A stretch of 64,000 nt of DNA from Terriglobia bacterium (GTDB lineage Bacteria; Acidobacteriota; Terriglobia; 20CM-2-55-15): positions 160,001 through 224,000 of the forward strand of contig CAXWPJ010000006.1 in NCBI GenBank assembly GCA_963664115.2, read 5' to 3'. Shown piece after piece: positions 56,755 through 64,000 of this stretch. The notes under the pieces are model-generated. The model did no database searches. It saw only the letters and a program-made list of their open reading frames with translations, and was not told the origin of the DNA. Positions within the stretch are counted from its first letter, which is position 1. The number at the start of each line of letters is the position of its first letter. The translations under genes were made by a program, and so were the position numbers.

Positions 56755-57597
56755 GTGAAGACCTTGCTTACAGTTTGGCTCTGCTTGATGCTGACGCCCG
56801 CGCTGGGATTCCCGCAGCAGGATGGAGGCGGTATTGACGTTGAGTTGGTCCGTGCTGCCAGGGCGGGAGAGGCCTCACTTGTCGGCGACTTGCTCGGCAG
56901 GGGAGCTCGGGTTAATGCAAGGGTCCTGTTCGGTAACGGTTTGGGAACCGCGATATCTGAAGCAGCCGCTGGAGATTTCAGCAACATCCTTCAAATGTTG
57001 GTCAGCGCCGGTGCCGCGGTAAACCTGATCGATAACAACGGTTGGACGGCTTTGATGTCCGCTAACAATAGGGACGTTATACGGGTCCTCGTGGATGCCG
57101 GAGCAGACCTGGATGCGATGGACGTCAACGGTTGGACTGCCCTCATGCTCTTGGACGACCTCGATCTCGTCGCAGTCCTCCTGGCAGAGGGCGCCGGAAT
57201 CGATAAGGAAAACTCCTATGGCTGGACGGCGCTGATGTGGGCGGCGTTCAATGGTTTTGCGGAAAAGGTGAAGCTCCTCCTGGGGGCCAGCGCCGACGTG
57301 GAGTTTCGGGACAATCAAGGCCGCACGGCGTTGTTGCTTGCTTACAGAGGCAACCGCAACGCTGTGGAAGTGCTGATCGAAGCTGGAGCCGACCCGAACG
57401 CTAAAGACGAGACCGGGTCTACGGCTTTGATGGCCGCAGCACTGGGCGTGGATTCCGGGAAAATTCAGTTCCTGATCGACGCCGGAGCGGACGTAAACGC
57501 CATGGACGAGGAGGGAACGACGGCGTTGATGCTCGCCGATTCACTGAGTCATACCGACGTTGCCAGCGTGCTCCGTGGGGCCGGAGCCGAGGAGTAA
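56755..57597 (+). CDS. Exported ankyrin-repeat protein
   Basis: Signal peptide; about seven G(W/R/S/T)TALM...GAD repeats. Confidence 0.9.
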   Translation: MKTLLTVWLCLMLTPALGFPQQDGGGIDVELVRAARAGEASLVGDLLGRGARVNARVLFGNGLGTAISEAAAGDFSNILQMLVSAGAAVNLIDNNGWTALMSANNRDVIRVLVDAGADLDAMDVNGWTALMLLDDLDLVAVLLAEGAGIDKENSYGWTALMWAAFNGFAEKVKLLLGASADVEFRDNQGRTALLLAYRGNRNAVEVLIEAGADPNAKDETGSTALMAAALGVDSGKIQFLIDAGADVNAMDEEGTTALMLADSLSHTDVASVLRGAGAEE

Positions 57598-57720
57598 CTT
57601 TCCCGGCTGTCTGCCACGGACTCCTTGTCCTCTCTTAGCTTTACGATTTATGAAAAATATTTAGTGTTTTTGAGCTTTTGAAACAGGCTTGACAAGAGCC
57701 ACTTGAGAGGCGATAAAAGG

Positions 57721-57880
57721 CGCGTGGGGAGCGACGATGCAGTGCCGTCGAAACACTTTCGGTACTGTGACCAGGTTTTCGTTATTTACGATAGCCATCC
57801 CTCGTCGCTCACCCACGCCAACCTGCCATCCCTTACGGACGCTCCCTAGTAGGTAGCGAACCGTATAGCTGTCTTTCACA
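57721..57880 (+). ncRNA. Candidate structured small RNA (family not recognised)
   Basis: 16-bp closing stem, two inner hairpins with G-U pairs favouring the + strand, a further 3' hairpin, and upstream TTGACA, all between convergent genes. Confidence 0.45.
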
Positions 57881-57915
57881 AAAAGAGAGCCCGACCATTG
57901 CCGGGCTCTCTATTT
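57880..57915 (-). terminator. Intrinsic terminator (T-tract on the minus strand; possibly bidirectional)
   Basis: Stem agagagcccg (57884-57893) / cgggctctct (57902-57911) with an A-tract on the left, about 20 bp after the TPR gene stop. Confidence 0.75.
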
Positions 57916-57930
57916 GACTTGCACGAAATA

Positions 57931-59124
57931 TTATCGATTGAGTTCCTCTCCCTGGCTTTGAATGAACGCTTCCATGCCGGTGAGGCCGTCGTTTCTTGCT
58001 TCGTAGATTTGTTCAAGCAACTCGCGGGCCTGATCGGGGCCGTTCAGAAATATCGAACGGGCCAGCGCTTCCATCGCATCCTCGGCTTCCTCGTCCCGCG
58101 CATACGCCATTCCCAGACGTAAGTACGCGACGGCGTCCGTGGGTACCGATTCGAGGGCCTCTTCGAACTCGTCCTGGGCGTCTCCCCATTCTTCCTGGTT
58201 CAAGTACACCGTGCCGAGTGTGACATGAGCGCCTGAGAGGAGGTCCGCTCGTTGTTCGGCACCAATCTGCCCTCCTGCGGTGTCCAGGAAGTGTTCCAGA
58301 ACGTCGAGCGCCTGCTCGGCGTATTCTTCCGCGGACTCGAAGTGCTCTTCGCGTTGGCTTTCGTCCTCAGGCGGCCGCTCCGCCAGGACCGAGGAAATCG
58401 TTATCAGCGTTGCAAGGCTCTGCGGATCAATATTGAGTGCCCTTTCCGCATACTCTATCGTCTTTTCCGCGTTGTTCGCGCCCTGGTACGCGGACATGAC
58501 ATTCTGGAGGAAGAAGAGTTGAGCCTGATTCCGGCGTTGGTCCGCTTCCTGATACTCGGGACTACCGACTTCCATGGCCTGGGACTGTATGTCCCAGGTT
58601 TGGCTCGCCGCATCGAAGGCAAGATCACCGTATCTTGCGGCTTCATCAACCCTGTTGAGCCCACTATTCGCGGTCATCATGGATTGGAAGGCGTACGTCA
58701 TGTTCTGGAAGTGATGGATTTGAAATTCTGTAAAGCCATCCGTGTCATCGGGGTCGTCGATGCTAATGACTTTGGCAAGAAAGAATTCGTTTTCGGCGGC
58801 TATAAAGGCCTCGCCGGCGGTCAGCATTCCCTGGTTGTTTTCCAGGTTGACGTAAGTCTGTAGCCGATACCTCAGGACGTCATGCGTCATTTCGCTTTCG
58901 GGATACTCTGTCAGGAAGGCATCGGATAACGTCAAACGGTTGATGACGCTCTCTTCAGCTTCGATTGCATTGACGGCGTCGAATTCCGCTTCGGACCCGG
59001 CCATGGCCACGAGTCTATCGTCATACTCAATCTCCTCCTCCTGGGCTGAGGCCGGTAAGGCTACCAATGCAATCAGCAATAAGATTGAAGTCATGTGTGG
59101 CACCAGGGCTCCTTTCATACTCAT
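57931..59124 (-). CDS. Exported, strongly acidic TPR protein
   Basis: GGAGG RBS; signal peptide; TPR motifs such as AHVTLGTVYLNQEEW and AYLRLGMAY. Confidence 0.8.
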   Translation of the reverse strand: MSMKGALVPHMTSILLLIALVALPASAQEEEIEYDDRLVAMAGSEAEFDAVNAIEAEESVINRLTLSDAFLTEYPESEMTHDVLRYRLQTYVNLENNQGMLTAGEAFIAAENEFFLAKVISIDDPDDTDGFTEFQIHHFQNMTYAFQSMMTANSGLNRVDEAARYGDLAFDAASQTWDIQSQAMEVGSPEYQEADQRRNQAQLFFLQNVMSAYQGANNAEKTIEYAERALNIDPQSLATLITISSVLAERPPEDESQREEHFESAEEYAEQALDVLEHFLDTAGGQIGAEQRADLLSGAHVTLGTVYLNQEEWGDAQDEFEEALESVPTDAVAYLRLGMAYARDEEAEDAMEALARSIFLNGPDQARELLEQIYEARNDGLTGMEAFIQSQGEELNR

Positions 59125-59249
59125 GACGCTTTATTTCCTCCAGTACTTGTATTGACCAAGCGCACAGATTAGATGTCCCCGAAGGCAACTGTCAAGTGTC
59201 CACGGCTTTCTTAAAGTAGTCGTCCTCTAGTTCGTTTAAATCGATTTAA

Positions 59250-60344
59250 CTAGGGACCGGACACTTGCCCTTCGAGCTGTGCTTTGGCCTGTTCGATGGC
59301 TTCTCTCTGTGGGCTGTCGGGATATGACTCAAGGTAAGTCGAGAGTTGATCCAACGCTGCCTCGTAGTCGCGCTGGCCAAGGTAGACGTTGTACAGCATG
59401 ATCCGCACATCATGGAACTGTCTGTTCAACCCCAATGCCCGGTTCAATCTCTCCAAGGCGTCATCGAGCGCACCGGCTCTGTAGTGTGCGGCGCCCAGAT
59501 AATATTGAGCAAACTCCGAAAGTGGGTCGCGTTCGACGGCGTCTACCAGATAGTTAAACGCATGGTCGAGACTCGCTCTACCTTCTTCCAGCTGTCCAGC
59601 AGCATTCTGAACGTCGTTGTCCCGGAGGTAGATTGCGCCGAGGCTTACGAGGGGCGCGGCCGAATTCGGGCTTAAGTCTTTTGCGATCAGAAAATGACGG
59701 ATCGCATCGTCCGTGCGGCCGAGCCTCTCGTACTCAACGCCAAGTGTGTTCTGTGCCTGATAATATTCAGGCGCAATTTCTATGGCTTCTTCGAGACGTT
59801 CGGCGGCCTTTTCGTGGTCATCCTGTTCCGATTCTTCTTCTGCTTGTTCGAATAATTCAACCGCCTCATCAGGAATGACTGCGAGCAACTCGCTCAAATC
59901 GATCGCATTCGGATTGCCGGGCGAATCTTCATCGGAGTCCTCAGCTTCCAGAACGATGACTGTGACTCCCATAGCAAAGGAGCCCGTCATCACCTCGACT
60001 ATGCCGGGCTTGAAACCAGGTTCGTTTATCGATACCTCAAAAACAGGGGCCCCCCTGGGTTGATCGAACACGAAATTTCCGTTGCCGTCGGTATAGACCG
60101 TGTCGGTGACCACTCCCCGAGTCATCATGTTCACTGCGATCGGGTGTTCTATTCGACGGTTGCCGTCCGAAATGACTTGCCCCGAGATGCTTCCTCCCCT
60201 TGGCCGAGCGTCTCGGCGTGATGCGCCGACAGAGCGTGACCCGCCCTCCCTGCCGCCGGGACCCTGGCCAGCGTGTGAAAGAGACGGGGCCGGGAGTGCA
60301 AGGCAAAGGACACACAGGAGCGTGATGATGTGAGTTCTCTGCAT
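59250..60344 (-). CDS. Exported TPR protein with an N-terminal carboxypeptidase-regulatory-like domain
   Basis: Start moved to ATG 60344, where a signal peptide begins; SISGQV...YTDGNGNFVF followed by TPRs. Confidence 0.8.
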   Translation of the reverse strand: MQRTHIITLLCVLCLALPAPSLSHAGQGPGGREGGSRSVGASRRDARPRGGSISGQVISDGNRRIEHPIAVNMMTRGVVTDTVYTDGNGNFVFDQPRGAPVFEVSINEPGFKPGIVEVMTGSFAMGVTVIVLEAEDSDEDSPGNPNAIDLSELLAVIPDEAVELFEQAEEESEQDDHEKAAERLEEAIEIAPEYYQAQNTLGVEYERLGRTDDAIRHFLIAKDLSPNSAAPLVSLGAIYLRDNDVQNAAGQLEEGRASLDHAFNYLVDAVERDPLSEFAQYYLGAAHYRAGALDDALERLNRALGLNRQFHDVRIMLYNVYLGQRDYEAALDQLSTYLESYPDSPQREAIEQAKAQLEGQVSGP

Positions 60345-61197
60345 GAGGAGATCCTCAGTGGTTTTCACAGCCGAAACGAACTCTCGTATTTTACTACCCG
60401 ATGCGCCTTCGAGGTCAAGGGAGTCCGCTTGTACCCTCGACCCTTTACCGAACGGTAAAGTTCTGTCGTGGTGACACTGACAGAACAATGGCGAGCGGTG
60501 GGACGACTGCCGTTCAAAGTCTGTCTTCAGCTCTCCGTTCCGAAGTTTTCCCGGTATTCCGATGAGATCCGTCGAAAGCCGACCCCGTGTCAGTGCGCGT
60601 CCGAGTCCCGCCCCGGCCAGAAATTCCACGCTTGAGCAGCGGGTTGCGGCTCCGATAGACCTCCAGAGGGGAAACCACGCTTGTCGAGCCATCTGACTCT
60701 TTAAATGCCTGATGTAAATTGGTTTAAGCCTGTGGTAAAGGGAAGGCTGCAGACCGGCGTGAGCTCGTGCGAAGCCCGGTGATTCATAGGCAATCCACCG
60801 CTATCATCGTCTTCGCCTAATACACATAAGCAAGAGTAAAGCTACGGTCGAGGTCCCGTGCCGAAGCCCCTTTTCGATCAGTGCTGTTCAGTTAAGTGTT
60901 TACGGTTCTCTGGCGGGAGCATGATTGCTTGCGAAATTGACCGTCCAGGGTGCGTCAGATGCCTACTTTATTTTCTGCTTTCCTGTCCAGTATTATTTGC
61001 CCACGCGACGCCGAAAATAGTTTGGATATAGTGACATATGACTTGACCTAAGTCCCGTCTGTGTAACAAAATAGCTCCGAGCAATACTAAATTATTGAGA
61101 CTCGATCAATGTGCCCGATCTATCGAGGATCTGAGGCGTCTCGGGTTTCAGAGATTGACCCGTTTAGGTGAGCAGGGAGTTTAGGAGGTTTTTGTCG

Positions 61198-63663
61198 ATG
61201 AAAGGGAAAGCTCTGGTCTTGGTGTTGGCATGCTGCGCCGTAGTTTTCGTCGCAACTTCGGGCCAGCAGGATTTGACGGCTGCACCACAACAATCGTCGG
61301 CAGAAACAGTGGCCGGGTACGCCCAGTTGATGGACACCTATTGCGCCGCCTGTCACAGTGGCGGGCTTGCCAACCAAACGAGCTTAGTGCCGGTGCCGCA
61401 GTTGATGGACGAAGTGGAAACCGATTTTTCGAATGTTGCCGCGGAAGCGGAAGTCTGGGAAAAGGTCATCAGAAAGCTCGGCGGACGTATGATGCCACCC
61501 CCGGGAATGCCTGCGCCCAACGACGCTGACCTGGAAGCCCTTGTGGGCTTTCTGAGCGACGAACTGGATCGTGCGGCCGCTCGGAATCCAAATCCCGGAA
61601 CCAAGGCTCTGCATCGTATCAACAGAGCGGAGTATGGAAACGCGGTTCGCGACTTGCTCGGCCTGGATATCGATGTAGCGGAATTTTTGCCTCCGGACGT
61701 CGACGCTTTCGGTTTCGATAACATTGCCGAAGTGATGGGTACGTCCCCTGCGTTGATGGACCGCTACCTCTCGACAGCGTGGAAGATAACGGGAGCGGCG
61801 ATTGGAGACGTCTCGATGAGTCCGACATTTTTCACTTCCGTGAATTCGTCCGACCTGTCTCAAAACGACCATATCGAAGGACTACCCATCGGTACCCGCG
61901 GGGGGATGTACATCGAGTACAACTTCCCGGTGGATGGCGAATACGTGATCAAGTCGGTATTGTTTGAAAACACGGTTGACGTGACGCGCGGTCTGGAGCA
62001 AGAGCACGATTTCGAGGTGACATTTGACGGCGAGCGCGTGAAACTGGTCCGCTTCGGAGGTTTCCAGGATGAGGAACCCGCCTACCTGCGACCGGCTTTG
62101 ACGGCTGCCGAAATCTATAAACGTTTCGAAACGCGGATACAGGTTGAAGCGGGTCCCCATCGAGTGGGCGTCGCTTTCCTCAAGAAGAGTTCGGCGGTCA
62201 CGCAGAACGTGCTCCAGCCATTTTTCCGGGAACATATCGATCCGATTTCGCCCGTGGGACTCCCGGCGCTTGAATCGGTCACGATTGAAGGGCCTTTCAA
62301 TATCACGGGCCCCGGAAGTTCGCCAAGCCGCCAGACGATTTTTACGTGTTATCCGAATGCGGAGACCGAAGCGGCGGCGTGTGCTCGAGACATTCTGACC
62401 TCAATAGCGCGAAAGGCATACCGTCGACCCTTGAGCCAGCAGGAAACCGACACGGTGATGGGGTTCTATCGGGCTGAGATCGATAAGGGCGCAACCTTTG
62501 ACACCTCCATCCAGACCGCCATCGCCTATATCCTGGTCAGCCCTCAGTTCCTGTTCCGTTTCGAACGGGACCCCGAAGGGGTGGAGCCGGGTTCGATTTA
62601 CCGGATCAGCGATCTGGAGATGGCCTCCCGACTGTCCTTCTTTCTGTGGAGCAGCATCCCCGACGATGAGTTGATCGATCTTGCAATGACCGGACGCCTT
62701 CAGGAGCCGGAGGTTCTTGAACAGCAGGTGCGTCGCATGCTCGTGGATGATCGTTCGGCGGCGCTGGGTGCGAATTTTGCCGGTCAGTGGCTCTATTTGA
62801 GAAACGTTAGAAGTACCTCCCCGGATGCGGACATCTTTCCTGATTTTGACGACAACCTCCGCAGATCGCTCCTGCGCGAAACCGAGATGCTCTTTGAAAG
62901 CATGGTCCGGGAAGACCGGCCGATAGTGGAGTTGCTCACCTCGGACTATACGTTCTTGAATGAGCGCCTGGCTAAACACTATGGGGTTGAGGGCATCTAC
63001 GGTGACCAGATGCGTCGCGTGCCGGTGACCCAGGAATACCGGAAGGGATTGTTGGGGCAGGGCAGCATCCAGTTGATCAATGCGAATGCCAACCGGACTA
63101 ATCCGGTGACACGTGGCAAGTATGTCCTGACAAACATCCTCGGAACCCCGCCCCCACCCCCACCGCCGAACGTCCCGGTGCTGGACGAGGAACCGGGTGT
63201 GCCACTGTCCATGCGTGAACGCATGGAACAGCACCGGTCGAACCCGGCCTGTTTCGGGTGTCATGCCTATATGGACCCGATCGGCCTTGCGCTCGAAAAC
63301 TTCGATGCGATCGGGCGCTGGCGAACCGACGACGGTGGAGTGGAGATTGATCCATCGGGCCTGATCCCTGTGTTCCGGGGGCTTGGAACCATCGATGGTC
63401 CGGTGGCGCTGCGGGATGCCATCGTGAGCCGTTCCGAACAGTTTGTCCGAACGGGTGTCGAAATGTTGATGACTTACGGCTTGGGTCGAGGGCTTGAGGC
63501 AAGTGATATGCCGATCGTCCGTTCCGTTGTCAGGGATGCGGCTAGGGAGGACTACCGGATCTCTTCATTAGTCATGGGTATCGTGAACAGTGCACCTTTT
63601 CAGATGCGCGTAGCCCAGTCCGAAGGTAACGAAGCCATTGCTGAAAACGCTGACCTTAACTAA
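61198..63663 (+). CDS. DUF1592-family c-type cytochrome protein (DUF1587/1595/1592/1588/1585 architecture)
   Basis: AGGAGG RBS; signal peptide; two CxxCH motifs (CAACH, CFGCH); HRINRAEYGNAVRDLL, ASRLSFFLWSSIPDDEL and LENFDAIGRWR. Confidence 0.9.
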   Translation: MKGKALVLVLACCAVVFVATSGQQDLTAAPQQSSAETVAGYAQLMDTYCAACHSGGLANQTSLVPVPQLMDEVETDFSNVAAEAEVWEKVIRKLGGRMMPPPGMPAPNDADLEALVGFLSDELDRAAARNPNPGTKALHRINRAEYGNAVRDLLGLDIDVAEFLPPDVDAFGFDNIAEVMGTSPALMDRYLSTAWKITGAAIGDVSMSPTFFTSVNSSDLSQNDHIEGLPIGTRGGMYIEYNFPVDGEYVIKSVLFENTVDVTRGLEQEHDFEVTFDGERVKLVRFGGFQDEEPAYLRPALTAAEIYKRFETRIQVEAGPHRVGVAFLKKSSAVTQNVLQPFFREHIDPISPVGLPALESVTIEGPFNITGPGSSPSRQTIFTCYPNAETEAAACARDILTSIARKAYRRPLSQQETDTVMGFYRAEIDKGATFDTSIQTAIAYILVSPQFLFRFERDPEGVEPGSIYRISDLEMASRLSFFLWSSIPDDELIDLAMTGRLQEPEVLEQQVRRMLVDDRSAALGANFAGQWLYLRNVRSTSPDADIFPDFDDNLRRSLLRETEMLFESMVREDRPIVELLTSDYTFLNERLAKHYGVEGIYGDQMRRVPVTQEYRKGLLGQGSIQLINANANRTNPVTRGKYVLTNILGTPPPPPPPNVPVLDEEPGVPLSMRERMEQHRSNPACFGCHAYMDPIGLALENFDAIGRWRTDDGGVEIDPSGLIPVFRGLGTIDGPVALRDAIVSRSEQFVRTGVEMLMTYGLGRGLEASDMPIVRSVVRDAAREDYRISSLVMGIVNSAPFQMRVAQSEGNEAIAENADLN

Positions 63664-63690
63664 CTAAGCAAGATAGAGGAGGAGTATCTA

Positions 63691-64000
63691 ATGTTCATTA
63701 CGAAGAAGCATCTTTCGCGCCGCACCTTCCTTCGCGGCATGGGTGCGACGGTAGCTCTGCCATTCCTGGGAGCCATGGTTCCGGCTCGGACGGCACTGGG
63801 ACAGACGGCTGCGGCTATACCGCACCGCTTTGGCTTCGTGTATGTCCCGATGGGGACGGTGATGAAGGAATGGATGCCTGCGCAAGTGGGTCAAGACTTC
63901 GAGTTCTCCCCCATCCTTAAATCGCTGGAGCCCTTCAGGGACAAGGTGAACGTTATATCAGGATTGCGTAATCTTGGAGCCAACGGACACTCTCCCAGCA
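63691..64000 (+). CDS. DUF1552-family Tat-exported protein (runs off the window)
   Basis: AGGAGG RBS; MFITKKHLSRRTFLRGMGATVALPFLGAM...FVYVPMG; the usual partner of DUF1592. Confidence 0.85.
   Translation, partial: MFITKKHLSRRTFLRGMGATVALPFLGAMVPARTALGQTAAAIPHRFGFVYVPMGTVMKEWMPAQVGQDFEFSPILKSLEPFRDKVNVISGLRNLGANGHSPS

Noticed and set aside
60556-60585. ccgatgag...cgaaa as a hammerhead ribozyme core
   Set aside because: The core reads CCGAUGA rather than CUGAUGA, and the required stems are not evident.
1-64000. CRISPR array, retron/reverse transcriptase, prophage or rRNA
   Set aside because: I saw no regularly spaced repeat-spacer array and no RT, cas, phage structural or rRNA signatures.

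Overview
A 64-kb, GC-rich bacterial chromosome segment. The gene content (secreted TPR proteins, a DUF1592/DUF1552 operon, repeated beta-sandwich surface domains) points to Acidobacteriota or a relative; this is inference, not a search result. In order it holds: a PilB-type ATPase (5' end outside the window); a five-gene Cus-type heavy-metal efflux operon with two uncharacterised members; a RidA-DASS-LarA operon; gdhA; a MITE and two near-identical IS701-family elements bracketing a desaturase, a broken coiled-coil gene and MoxR; an ArgR-controlled arginine cluster; serS-htpG, dppBC, queC/queE/dinG, a JAB plus ubiquitin-like pair, der and merR; two tRNA-Pro genes around a nonsense-interrupted surE; an IS6; amgK/murU-like genes; secreted proteins; and the start of a DUF1592/DUF1552 operon. 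The four best leads are: (1) the arg cluster lacks argA/argJ/argE but carries a DUF1611/DgcN-like P-loop protein and an acyl-ornithine transcarbamylase with a succinyl-type specificity residue, suggesting a non-canonical acylated arginine route; (2) a ~200-nt structured element with compensatory base changes, present three times around the arg cluster, one copy inside MITE-type ends; (3) a stand-alone structured ncRNA candidate at ~57.7-57.9 kb; (4) a duplicated HDHxFGxC-domain protein and a CxxC/PP leader ORF in the copper operon. All calls come from reading the sequence by eye; no database searches or folding programs were run.
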